Positions 7,557 through 17,375 of a stretch of DNA of 57,300 bases are shown piece after piece. A model generated the notes under the pieces. The model ran no database searches. It saw only the letters and a program-made list of their open reading frames with translations, and had not been told where the DNA came from. The position numbers and the translations under genes were made by a program. Source of the DNA: a virus; the IMG/VR virus record IMGVR_UViG_3300049199_000008, positions 1 through 57,300 of that record. One strand, 5' to 3'. Position 1 is the first letter of the stretch. Each line of letters begins with the position of its first letter.

Positions 7557-10104
7557 CACCACCGATCAGAATAAGCTCGGCCCACTCAATCGACAATTAA
7601 ACGAAACCGACCGCGCAGCGACGGCGGCATCGACAGCAACCCGCTCGCTCAGTGTGGCTATCGGCGCTGTGGCGTCTGCTGCAAGCGTCGGTCAGCTTAT
7701 CCGGCTGGCTGATAGCTACACTAAGATACAAAATAGCATAATTAACGTCGTTAGCGGCACTGAGGAATTAACGCAGCGTACTGGCGACTTGCTGCGCATT
7801 GCTAACCAGACCCGTAGTAGCTTTGAATCCACGGCTGGTCTATACGGTAAGTTAAAGCGTGCGACGGATGACTTAGGGCTGAGTCAAGACCGCGTATTGC
7901 GGATCACCGATTTAATTAACAAAGGCTTTATTGCCAGCGGCGCTACGACCACCGAAGCCAGTAACGCTATTATCCAGCTTGCCCAGGGCCTAGCATCAGG
8001 CGCTTTACGCGGCGACGAGTTTAACTCAGTTGCTGAACAAGCCCCTGTCATACTGCGGGCAGTCGCGCAGGAAACTGGCAAGACGATAGGCGAGCTGCGC
8101 GAATTCGCCGCCACGGGTGGTATTACCGCTGATATTCTGATCCGCTCGATTGAAGGGTACGCAGATACGGTAGACCGCGAGTTCGCGCGTACCGCTAAAA
8201 CATTTGACCAGCAAGCCACAGTCGCCCGCAACTTAGCCACAGATTACGTCGGTAATAGCGAGGCTATACAGGCCGCATCACAGGCAGCGGGCGCAACACT
8301 CGTAACACTGGCTGAGAATTTAGATACTGTGACAGACGCTGCCGTAGCGCTTGCGGTAGTGTATGGCGCTCGGTTAGTGGGGCAGTTGGCATCAGCCACG
8401 GCTGCTTTAGTCGCTCAGGGTGTCGCCGCTACTGCCACAAAAGTACAGTATGACGCACTTGGTGTCGCCGTAGCGCGTACTACCGGATTGCAGACAGCTG
8501 CGGCTGTTGCTACCAAGGCGCTAGGGGCTTCATTAGCATTACTCGGCGGACCAGTAGGTGTGGCCATCCTTGCGGGTGCTGCACTGCTTTACTTTGGTAA
8601 TAGTGCGGAAGCTTCCAGTAAAAAACTGGCAGATGCAAGACTTAAAGAAGAAGTCGACGCACTTATTGTTAAATACAATGAGTTAGGCCGCTTAGGTCAG
8701 CGTAATTTAGTTAATGGTTTAGTACAACAGCAAATAGATTTAGCCGGACAAGTTGCTGCTGCTAATGCCGCGTATGACGTTCAAAAGAAAAAAGCTGAAG
8801 AAGCTGGACGCGCTGGCGCTGCTTTTGGTTTGCCGGACCGCGAGCCAATACGTCAGTTAGAATTACAGCTTGATATAGTAAATAAAAAGCTTAAAGCTCT
8901 GCTAGATACCCGTGCTCCAGACCCGTCCACCTTTAAACCTGTGGCAGAAGCGGCCAGACAAACCGCCGACGAATACACACGGTTAGCCGAAGTCCGCAAA
9001 GGTATTGATAAGCTATTCAGTGAGGGCTTATTCGGTGAGACGCCAGAGGGATTTAAAGCCGCTCAGGATCAAATCACATCCTTAACCCGTCAGGCCGAAG
9101 CGTTAAAGCTTACAGGTGTTGAACAGGCTGTCTACAATAACACCGCGCAGCTTGCCGCTGGTTCAACGGACGCACAGCGCCAGCGCATTGAAGAACTGAC
9201 CCGAGCGATATACGCTAACGGTGAGGCCGAGCGGGACCGCGCAGCGCTGGCCGACCGCTACGCTGAGATAGCGCCTATAGGTGACGGTACAGCGCTTGAA
9301 ACTCCTGCGCAGAAATTACAGCGGGAGTACGACGAGCGCGAGGCTGTTTTAATCGGTGCGCTGAGTGACGAGCTGATCACGTTTGAAGAATACAAAGAGC
9401 GCCAGTTAAATCTGGAAACTGAGTACGATAAAAAACGCCTTGAGCAGCGTGCGGCTACGCAATCAGCGGTATTCACTGCCACAGCTCAGGGGTTTGACGC
9501 GCTGGCCGGTATTATCGAAGCGGCCAGCGGTAAGCAGAATAAAGCATATCGTGTGGCTTATGTGGCTAGTCGCGCCTTTGCGTTGGCTGACAGCATACTG
9601 AAAGTGACTCAGGCCAGCGCGCAAGCATTGGCCGATCCGACAGCTATCACGCTGCCACAGAAATTCGCTAACTATGCGGCGATTGCTACAGCGGGTGCTG
9701 GACTACTGAGCGCCTTTAAGCAGCCTGCAGGTTTCGCTAATGGTGGTCCTGTAAGTGGACCCGGTACTGGACGCAGCGATAGTATTTTAGCACGGTTATC
9801 TAACGGCGAATTCGTCATGCCGGCTAACCGTACCAGCCAGTATAGTAACGAGCTGGAAGCGATGCGCCGTGGTGCGTTTAATCCGTCTGCGTCGACCACT
9901 AGCGCTGCACGGATAACAATTAATAACTATGCGAGCGATTTAGTGACCACCACTGTGACTGAGGGGCCTAACGGCGACTTAATACAGACCATAGACCGCC
10001 GTATCGCCGAGCAGACGCCGAGCATCGTATCTCAGCAGCTTGGAGACCCGTACAGCGAATCGACGCGCACTTTAAACAGCGCCTATCGATTGGAGCGCAA
10101 CTGA
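7525..10104 (+). CDS. Tape measure protein
   Basis: 859 aa, Ala-rich and coiled-coil, with hydrophobic central segments. C-terminal GRSDSILARLSNGEFVMPA motif is typical of tape measure proteins. Confidence 0.9.
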   Translation: MAQFPIDIKIDTTDQNKLGPLNRQLNETDRAATAASTATRSLSVAIGAVASAASVGQLIRLADSYTKIQNSIINVVSGTEELTQRTGDLLRIANQTRSSFESTAGLYGKLKRATDDLGLSQDRVLRITDLINKGFIASGATTTEASNAIIQLAQGLASGALRGDEFNSVAEQAPVILRAVAQETGKTIGELREFAATGGITADILIRSIEGYADTVDREFARTAKTFDQQATVARNLATDYVGNSEAIQAASQAAGATLVTLAENLDTVTDAAVALAVVYGARLVGQLASATAALVAQGVAATATKVQYDALGVAVARTTGLQTAAAVATKALGASLALLGGPVGVAILAGAALLYFGNSAEASSKKLADARLKEEVDALIVKYNELGRLGQRNLVNGLVQQQIDLAGQVAAANAAYDVQKKKAEEAGRAGAAFGLPDREPIRQLELQLDIVNKKLKALLDTRAPDPSTFKPVAEAARQTADEYTRLAEVRKGIDKLFSEGLFGETPEGFKAAQDQITSLTRQAEALKLTGVEQAVYNNTAQLAAGSTDAQRQRIEELTRAIYANGEAERDRAALADRYAEIAPIGDGTALETPAQKLQREYDEREAVLIGALSDELITFEEYKERQLNLETEYDKKRLEQRAATQSAVFTATAQGFDALAGIIEAASGKQNKAYRVAYVASRAFALADSILKVTQASAQALADPTAITLPQKFANYAAIATAGAGLLSAFKQPAGFANGGPVSGPGTGRSDSILARLSNGEFVMPANRTSQYSNELEAMRRGAFNPSASTTSAARITINNYASDLVTTTVTEGPNGDLIQTIDRRIAEQTPSIVSQQLGDPYSESTRTLNSAYRLERN

Positions 10105-10553
10105 TGATTTACGGCGGCTCAGTACTTTTACCGCTGCGTAACGGCTACACTCCTGAAATCCCGTACAGTGTGGATATCACGGTATTACCTGGCGGCCCCA
10201 GCAGCCAGCGTCGGGTGACTGCCACACCTATCAGTTCAGTAACGGCTCAATACCGCTTAACGAGCTGTTTTATGATAGAGTGGTACAAGGCGTGGTATCG
10301 TCGTGAAACCCTTGAGGGTGCCCTACCACTAACAGCACGCCTCGCTGTGGATAACGGATTATTCGCGGACTACACGGTGCAATTCGCAGCACCACCGACC
10401 ATACAGCACTTCGGGTATCAAGGGCTGCTAACCTGCCGCTATGAAATACTTAACCGCAATACCAGCGCCGACAACTGTGATTATCTGGTATTATATGACG
10501 CATTAGGTAACTGTGTGAGCTGTTCACTGGAGACGCTGCGTGACGGATTATAG
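10104..10553 (+). CDS. Minor/distal tail protein (paralog 1)
   Basis: Follows the tape measure. Shares GYT...W..W...T.EG.LP with the next gene. Confidence 0.55.
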   Translation: MIYGGSVLLPLRNGYTPEIPYSVDITVLPGGPSSQRRVTATPISSVTAQYRLTSCFMIEWYKAWYRRETLEGALPLTARLAVDNGLFADYTVQFAAPPTIQHFGYQGLLTCRYEILNRNTSADNCDYLVLYDALGNCVSCSLETLRDGL

Positions 10554-10983
10554 CGATTTACCACAAATGACATTCTCAGGCGAGCTGTTATCGCCTGAGC
10601 GCGGCTATACGGAGCAGTTACCGTGGGGCGCAGTGCGTGTCGCTGGCCGTAACCGTCCAGATACGGTAAGTAACCCGTCTCAGTATAACGTGACGTTTAA
10701 GCTGGTTGGCGCTTCTATGGTTGACTGGTTCGGCCGCTGGTGGCTGACTGCCACAGAAGAGGGGTCATTACCATTTGTTTGTGGAATTGGTGCCGCGCAA
10801 CTGCTGGCACAGCCAACGTACTCAAACAATACGGGGCGCGTCGCCACTGTAAGTATGCAGTTAGAAATTCAAGACGATACCGACTATTGTACCGACCAAC
10901 AGTATTTATTTGTCGGTGAGTATTTCGGCGATACGTTTCAGCGCTCAAAGCGGTTATTGGAGCAGGCAATAAATGGAAGCTGA
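10540..10983 (+). CDS. Minor/distal tail protein (paralog 2)
   Basis: Same motif order as 10104..10553. Confidence 0.55.
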   Translation: MTDYSDLPQMTFSGELLSPERGYTEQLPWGAVRVAGRNRPDTVSNPSQYNVTFKLVGASMVDWFGRWWLTATEEGSLPFVCGIGAAQLLAQPTYSNNTGRVATVSMQLEIQDDTDYCTDQQYLFVGEYFGDTFQRSKRLLEQAINGS

Positions 10984-11479
10984 GTTAAAAACACTGTTAG
11001 TCACTGCCCGACGCGGTGAAGTTGAGTTAGAGGGTATCAGCATATCCCACAGCAGCTGGCCCGCCACACAGCACGTCACACCGTCTATTCACCCAGGGTT
11101 TACGGCAACGCTTGAGACCTCAGAGGTCGTTAATTTTATTTACATCCCTTGCCGCATCCGTCGGGCTGCTCAGCAAAATAACCTTGCTCAGCGCTTCGAC
11201 TTGACGATTCAGGACTTAAACGAAGTTATAGCGCCTCTGCTGGACCTGATACCACTGGATAGCACCGAGCAGCCTCAAATACTGATCCGCTCGTTTATTT
11301 ACAGCTCAACGGGGGTATCAACTGTTAAAGACGGGCCGTATCGGTTAAAAGCCGCTGACGCTGCCACAACTGAAGAAGGTTTTAAAACCACGGCAGTACC
11401 GCGCAATGTGAACAGCACGGGTACGGGTCGACGGATGACTAACGACCGCTTTCCAATGCTGCGGGGATTCAGTAAATGA
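10973..11479 (+). CDS. Minor tail protein (DUF1833-like, lambda gpL position)
   Basis: Position plus the ISHSSWP...FIYIPCRI...LTIQDLN pattern resembling DUF1833. Confidence 0.5.
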   Translation: MEAELKTLLVTARRGEVELEGISISHSSWPATQHVTPSIHPGFTATLETSEVVNFIYIPCRIRRAAQQNNLAQRFDLTIQDLNEVIAPLLDLIPLDSTEQPQILIRSFIYSSTGVSTVKDGPYRLKAADAATTEEGFKTTAVPRNVNSTGTGRRMTNDRFPMLRGFSK

Positions 11480-11811
11480 CGCCCGGTACATTGTACGACC
11501 GTGATGCGTATAACTGTTCGCACGTTGTGGCAGACTATTACCAACAGCGGTTAAATGTTACAATCCCACGAGGGTCGCCGACAGATTGGGGCTTGGCGTT
11601 TATCCGCTGGATGCGTCACAATTTTAACGCCGCCACAGCTCCGGTGCAGGATTGCCTGATATTAGTCCGTCAAGTTAACGGCTCGCTTCACGTCGGCGTG
11701 TGGGATGACGGTTTGATGCTGCATGGCCACAGCGATGGTCAGGTTATTCGCTCGCCGCTGTCTTTAATCCGTGGCGACATTACATTCTGGACGTATCATG
11801 GCAATAATTAA
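11476..11811 (+). CDS. NlpC/P60-like tail tip assembly protein (gpK-like)
   Basis: Candidate Cys (YNCSHVV) and His (LHVGVW) dyad. Position before the J-like gene. Confidence 0.55.
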   Translation: MTPGTLYDRDAYNCSHVVADYYQQRLNVTIPRGSPTDWGLAFIRWMRHNFNAATAPVQDCLILVRQVNGSLHVGVWDDGLMLHGHSDGQVIRSPLSLIRGDITFWTYHGNN

Positions 11812-14374
11812 TTACTATCTTGACCCAGCAGGCGCCGCGCAAACTGATATCGCTGATAGTGTCGGTCAGTCTCTGCTAGCGCGCTGGCCAAACGGAGAGG
11901 GTGTACCGCAGGGATTACGCATTTATCGCGGCGATGTGGCTGACTGTAACGACATCACTGAAACGGCGCTAACAGACATATCCACACTGACAACACCGTC
12001 GGGTGACACTTATAACTGCGTTGTGGTGCCCGGCGAACTGACAACGATATTAGCAATCATAGCCATAGTAATATCCGTGGCAGCAGTTTTACTAACCCCA
12101 AGTTTAACCGCACCGTCAAATGCAAACCGTAACCAGCAGTCGCCTAACAATGCGTTTGGCGCGCGAAGCAATCAACCTCGCGTCAATCAGCGTTCAGCAG
12201 ATATACGGGGTAAACAACCTCGCTGCTACCCTGACTTACTGCAAGTACCTTATCGTCGCTTTATAGACGGTGTTGAGTATGAATACTTATACACTCAAAT
12301 CGGTGAGGGCTACTACGCGTATGACGACATTAAAGACGGCGATACGTTGTACTCAAGACTTGGTGGAAAACTTGCCATTTACGGGCCGGACACATCACCA
12401 CTATCGGGCGTACCAGAGTTTACAATTAATGGCGCCCCTGATGAACTGCTTTACGTAGTCACTCAGTCAAATGAAGTTGACGGCATCACACTAACACCCC
12501 CGGGTACTCCGGGGAATGGGTCGTTTTTATTTACTGTAGAGTCTGACGGGACTATAAGTACCAGCACCCCTGGTGTTGACTTTACGACACTGATAGAGGT
12601 TGGGTCAACCATCACCCTATCAGATTTTTGGGCGTTCCTTTCAGTGGATGACTTTGGAGGGCATGAGCGTTACGGGCTGAACGGCGATTACGAAGTGTTA
12701 ACGGTATCCACGACTGAGATAACTGTGGATATAACGAGCAGTCCTAACTGGGGTATAGCGCTAGCTGCAGGGCCTCAAGATATGCAGTTTGTCATGTACC
12801 GAGCTATAACCCCACCGCCATTGTGGTATTTTGAGTCAGAGCCAGAGACATATGAGGTTTTATTCACTCCGACACTATCTGGTATATCGTCAGTCGCGTC
12901 AGTAAACGCAATAAATGTATCAGGTTACGACCGAGTGCTGATTAATGTCGTAGCTGCTAATGGTATGTATAAAGACGATGGTACTGTGCAGACACCGACT
13001 AGTGTTGTTTACGCAATAACCCAGTACGAGCTTAATATCAGCGGTTTTAGAACAGGTAACAGCACTGTAATTAATGACACAATATCGTCAAACCCTAATA
13101 GAGTTAATGATTACGTTGGGCGGTCATCAGAGATTGAACTGGTCTATCCGCGATGTGAAATAACATTAGAGCGGCTATCGGCTGAAGATACTGAGTTTCC
13201 AGGTACTGTAGTGGACGAAATAAAATGGCGCGACTTATACCTGCTTAATGACGTGACTAGTGTGGATGTCAGCTATGCAACAACTATACATGCTGAAATC
13301 CGCGCGACGGAAACCGCGCTACGGGTAAAAGATCGTAAGTTAAACTTAACGGCTACTCGCAAAGTTGCATCGTATAACGGTGACGGTACGTTTGCTGCCA
13401 CAGAGTCAACTGTTACCGATTTATTTGCGCCCGTCATAGCGAGTATATGGCGCGACCCGCTGTTTGGCCGTGGCGAAAACGACGAAGTAAACTGGCAAAA
13501 TCTATTCGATACTCAAGCGGCTATGATTACTTACTTTGGTGAGTCAAACCCTTGTCGCGTCGGGTACACTTTTGACTCTGATAAAATTACAGCTGAAGAT
13601 GCCATTAAACTGATCTGTAATGCTGTCAACGTTATTCCGTATCGTATAGGTTCGGTGCTAAATTTCTGGTTTGAAAGACCACAGTCGCAATCAGCTATGT
13701 TTTTCGGTCACAGGTTTAAGCACCCAGGATCTGAAAACCGCTCGCGCCTATTCGCCCCCACCGATGATAAAACCGGTGTAGAGCTGACATATTTTGATGA
13801 AATCACAGAATCTTTCGAAATTGTACGCCGTGGCGATAGTATAAATCCTTTAAAAATAGAGCTAAGCGGCTGTATCACTGCTCGGGGCGCTCAGATACGG
13901 GCAGACCGCGAATGGAATAAGCTGAAATATTCACGCGTTCAAACTCAGTTTGACGCGACTGCTATCGGACGGATGGCCGTGCCGGGGATGCGCGTGGATG
14001 TTGTGGACAATACTCGTCGCGCACCATATAACGGGGAGATCCGTGCTGTTGATGGATTGACAGTGACCATAAGTCAGCCGATAGAGCTGTCGGCGCCGAC
14101 TGATTATAGTATCGTTTTAACGCGGTCTGATGGGTCGTTAGAGGCCATCAGTGTCGCGTCGCAGCCATCAGCTGATAAACTGGTACTGTCGTCGGCTCCA
14201 AGCGAGCCAGTACGCGTATCCCGACTATCAGACCGTACAGTCTATAGTCTTGGTACTGATGACATGATGACTAATATGGCAATGCTCATACGCGAGATCA
14301 CGCCAAAAGACTATAATAAAGTCGGAATTGCTGCAATAAACTACGATGTGCGGTATTATAGCGAGGATAATTAA
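11798..14374 (+). CDS. Tail tip / host-specificity protein (J-like); N-terminus resembles a gpI-like segment
   Basis: About 858 aa at the J position. Hydrophobic LTTILAIIAIVISVAAVLL near the N-terminus. The longest ORF starts at 11771. Confidence 0.65.
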   Translation: MAIINYYLDPAGAAQTDIADSVGQSLLARWPNGEGVPQGLRIYRGDVADCNDITETALTDISTLTTPSGDTYNCVVVPGELTTILAIIAIVISVAAVLLTPSLTAPSNANRNQQSPNNAFGARSNQPRVNQRSADIRGKQPRCYPDLLQVPYRRFIDGVEYEYLYTQIGEGYYAYDDIKDGDTLYSRLGGKLAIYGPDTSPLSGVPEFTINGAPDELLYVVTQSNEVDGITLTPPGTPGNGSFLFTVESDGTISTSTPGVDFTTLIEVGSTITLSDFWAFLSVDDFGGHERYGLNGDYEVLTVSTTEITVDITSSPNWGIALAAGPQDMQFVMYRAITPPPLWYFESEPETYEVLFTPTLSGISSVASVNAINVSGYDRVLINVVAANGMYKDDGTVQTPTSVVYAITQYELNISGFRTGNSTVINDTISSNPNRVNDYVGRSSEIELVYPRCEITLERLSAEDTEFPGTVVDEIKWRDLYLLNDVTSVDVSYATTIHAEIRATETALRVKDRKLNLTATRKVASYNGDGTFAATESTVTDLFAPVIASIWRDPLFGRGENDEVNWQNLFDTQAAMITYFGESNPCRVGYTFDSDKITAEDAIKLICNAVNVIPYRIGSVLNFWFERPQSQSAMFFGHRFKHPGSENRSRLFAPTDDKTGVELTYFDEITESFEIVRRGDSINPLKIELSGCITARGAQIRADREWNKLKYSRVQTQFDATAIGRMAVPGMRVDVVDNTRRAPYNGEIRAVDGLTVTISQPIELSAPTDYSIVLTRSDGSLEAISVASQPSADKLVLSSAPSEPVRVSRLSDRTVYSLGTDDMMTNMAMLIREITPKDYNKVGIAAINYDVRYYSEDN

Positions 14375-14389
14375 TTTTGAGGTGTGGAT

Positions 14390-17110
14390 ATGGCTACTTG
14401 CGATAATGTGCCTTTAGCGTCGCAGATTGAAGAATTTGTAGAGGATATGGCATATGTCCAGACGTTTGTAGAAACAGACGCACTGACTGCCACAACACCA
14501 CAGGGTAAAGTCCGTACCACACTTGCAGGCGTTGAGGCTGCTTCCGATGCAGCTATAGCCGCTGTAGGTTTTGTATTCCTCGACCCGCTAACATTTGAAA
14601 CAGGCGCAACACTGACAGGTGCAGAGCAGGCGCTTTACTGGTCGCCTGCTGATGGTGGTAACGGATTTTATTATCGTTGGTCTGGAGTGTTTCCTCCTGG
14701 TGGCAAGATTGTACCACCAGCATCAACGCCAGTTGGCGATCCGCTGTGGGTAGCCGTTCAAAACAACCTAAGCTATGTGCAGGACGATAGACCACCAACA
14801 AATACATTAATTGGCAGCCGCTGGTGGCAGACCAAGGTTGACGGAGCCGTTATTGCTCAAACGATGCTTAAGGTTAAGCTAAACGGCAATGCACACTGGC
14901 TGCAAGAGTTTGTAGTTGGTCAAAGCGGTAGCGCATCAAGCTACTTCCTCGACGAATATTGGCCCGATGCTGGTACTGGCGGTGATGACAGTGAGGCATT
15001 CTTGGCTGCTTTTGCTCAAAGTAAAGTTATTGAACTAACGCACGGTAAAACTTATTTGCTGGACCCCGCTCTATTTGTTGGTGAGATATTCGATACAATA
15101 GGCATGTTTTGCAAAGGTCGGGCAACCATTAAGTGCATCAATCAGTTGCCAGTAACAGACTTATACTTGCTGAATTTGCGCTTGTTATGGGGTGGTGATA
15201 TTTACGGTATTCACATAGATGGAAATCTGTCTGACGACCCAGTGACGTGGAATTCAAGCAATTACAATACGTGGTCAGGCTCTGGCGGTTTGCGCATTAT
15301 TGAGTCTGCAAACGTAAACTTAAAGCGCGTTTCTGCAAGCAACGTGTTCGGTCCCGGGCTTGCAGTTTCTTTATGTGAAAACGTGTCACTTGACCTAATA
15401 TACATTAATCGGTCCAGAGGAAACTTCGGTGATGGTATTTTCATTTCAGAATCAAAACGGATTACTCGTAAAAACTGTTATGTAGAGGATTTTACACGTA
15501 TTGCATTTACCACAGATAAAACCACTGGTGATGCCTGTGAGAATATAACCTCTGAAAACTGCTGGGCTGATTATGGTCATGATGCTTCTATAAACTATGG
15601 CGGTGGCGAGTACAATTCTTTGTTTTGGGACGAATTCTCCACTAAGCTGCATTACCACAACTGTGGCGGCACTCGCCCCGGCAATGGTCTAGCTCGTGGT
15701 TTTACTTTGCAAATGGCTGCAGATGCAACCGGGTTAACTCCAGAGATATTCAACTCCATCTATTCCAATACTTACGTAGATGGAGACGGAGAGGCTGGTT
15801 ACGGCTATATAATTTCAAGCCTTGGCGACACTCGCTTTACGTGCATACTCGATACAGCTATTGCTGTTAACTGCCAGATAAAGTTTGGCCTTCTTGGTAA
15901 TAAAAACTTATTCAAGCTAAGAGGCTGCGTCGGAGTCGATAGCACTGAGCTGGTGACTGGCGGGGTAGTAAGGCAAACCATCCTGTGGACTGGCGGCGAA
16001 ATATCAGTTGAAGGATGCAGAGAGTACATTAATTTACCGACTGGTAGATGGTCAGGGCTGGACGATGATGTTGCTATCTGCTCAATAGGAAGCTTCGACT
16101 TAGAGCGCCCTACAAGCGTCAGGGTTGTGGATTTTAAATCATACCAATTTGATACTGACGTTCAGATACCGAGCAGATTCCAGCATGATTTCGGCGAGCG
16201 TGCTGACTGGTATGTTGAGGACGCATGGCTTGATCAGGACTTGTTTGTTTGCCGAGACGGTAAGCATAGTAACACTCGCATAAGTGCATTTGGTTCAGTC
16301 GATGGCACTGGTGATATTGACTACGATAGTTGTAATTTAACGCTATCAAACCTGCCTGCTGGTGGCGTCGAGAAAGCCATACTGATAAATGAAACCGGAA
16401 CCGTAAAAATCAGAAACTGCACTGGCGAGATTACCGGAACTGACTCTATTTATTTGTTTAATAACGGTTTCAATAACTTAGGCCGCGTACAGATTTACGA
16501 CAATGTGATCACAAAAGAAATGGATCAAGCAACCGCAGTTGAGGGGGCTATCATTCGACTTAATGAGGCACCATCAGCTTTCAATACGTCTGATTTGCAG
16601 CACATTGATTTGAGCCGAAACACGTTTATAAACTCTGGCGCTGCCACATCTAACCCTATAGTTCACAGCTACCAAAGGGCAACTGTAGGCAACTCGGCAA
16701 CGGTACGGGTTTACGGTGAGAGCAACTATAAGTCAGCAAACATAGCTCAAGATGTAACACCAGGAGTTACCCGCATTCAGCTGATAGTCACATCATTTGA
16801 CGATTCTGCACCAACCGGAGCTTTAGCAGTAGTACCCATTGGTAGTGGCGGAAACCTGAAATGGGGAGCGTACAATCAAATATCTGGCAGTTACACGGTC
16901 ACGGCGCCTTTAGCTGCGTCTACCTATACTAATGGATTTTTAGTGATTTACGTGGCGGCCAGTGACGCCCCGCTAACACTGACTGTAAACCGAAGCGGAT
17001 CGGACTTATTTGAGCTTGGTGCCGGTACAGACACCTCAATAACACTTAACTTCACAGCTGCTGGATCTTACGTGATCAAGTCCAACGGCTCTAACAGATT
17101 GGAGATGTAA
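14390..17110 (+). CDS. Tailspike, probable polysaccharide depolymerase (right-handed beta-helix type)
   Basis: GAGGTG SD before ATG 14390. N-terminal YYRWSGVFPPGGKIVPPASTP motif is common in tailspikes. Long repetitive Asn/Gly-rich middle region. Confidence 0.7.
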   Translation: MATCDNVPLASQIEEFVEDMAYVQTFVETDALTATTPQGKVRTTLAGVEAASDAAIAAVGFVFLDPLTFETGATLTGAEQALYWSPADGGNGFYYRWSGVFPPGGKIVPPASTPVGDPLWVAVQNNLSYVQDDRPPTNTLIGSRWWQTKVDGAVIAQTMLKVKLNGNAHWLQEFVVGQSGSASSYFLDEYWPDAGTGGDDSEAFLAAFAQSKVIELTHGKTYLLDPALFVGEIFDTIGMFCKGRATIKCINQLPVTDLYLLNLRLLWGGDIYGIHIDGNLSDDPVTWNSSNYNTWSGSGGLRIIESANVNLKRVSASNVFGPGLAVSLCENVSLDLIYINRSRGNFGDGIFISESKRITRKNCYVEDFTRIAFTTDKTTGDACENITSENCWADYGHDASINYGGGEYNSLFWDEFSTKLHYHNCGGTRPGNGLARGFTLQMAADATGLTPEIFNSIYSNTYVDGDGEAGYGYIISSLGDTRFTCILDTAIAVNCQIKFGLLGNKNLFKLRGCVGVDSTELVTGGVVRQTILWTGGEISVEGCREYINLPTGRWSGLDDDVAICSIGSFDLERPTSVRVVDFKSYQFDTDVQIPSRFQHDFGERADWYVEDAWLDQDLFVCRDGKHSNTRISAFGSVDGTGDIDYDSCNLTLSNLPAGGVEKAILINETGTVKIRNCTGEITGTDSIYLFNNGFNNLGRVQIYDNVITKEMDQATAVEGAIIRLNEAPSAFNTSDLQHIDLSRNTFINSGAATSNPIVHSYQRATVGNSATVRVYGESNYKSANIAQDVTPGVTRIQLIVTSFDDSAPTGALAVVPIGSGGNLKWGAYNQISGSYTVTAPLAASTYTNGFLVIYVAASDAPLTLTVNRSGSDLFELGAGTDTSITLNFTAAGSYVIKSNGSNRLEM

Positions 17111-17111
17111 A

Positions 17112-17366
17112 ATGCCTATTCCAGCTCAGACATTGGGTGGTGGGGTTAAATTGGTGCAAAGAGGCAAGGTAACAGTCACGGCGTCAAGCACGGTTAATGT
17201 GACCGTTGCAGCTGTCAATATGAACAAAAGCTTTGTTATTGATAATGTCAGAAACGTGACAAGCTCTCTTGGTGCAACTGTTGAGTTAACTTCATCGACA
17301 AACATTGCAATACAAGCGGGGTCAAATGATGTCGTTGTCTCGTGGCAGCTGGTCGAGTTTAATTAA
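17112..17366 (+). CDS. Small tail-fibre-associated protein
   Basis: ORF track, 84 aa. Tightly packed between the tailspike and the fibre gene. Confidence 0.55.
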   Translation: MPIPAQTLGGGVKLVQRGKVTVTASSTVNVTVAAVNMNKSFVIDNVRNVTSSLGATVELTSSTNIAIQAGSNDVVVSWQLVEFN

Positions 17367-17375
17367 GGGGTTTAT

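Noticed and set aside
7884-8240. Antisense or alternative-frame ORFs of 60-165 aa inside large genes, for example 7884..8240, 18290..18703, 20091..20510, 34973..35470, 40843..41307 and 51371..51703.
   Set aside because: They are fully nested in well-supported genes, have no SD or promoter, and have Arg/Ser/Ala-rich compositions typical of shadow frames.
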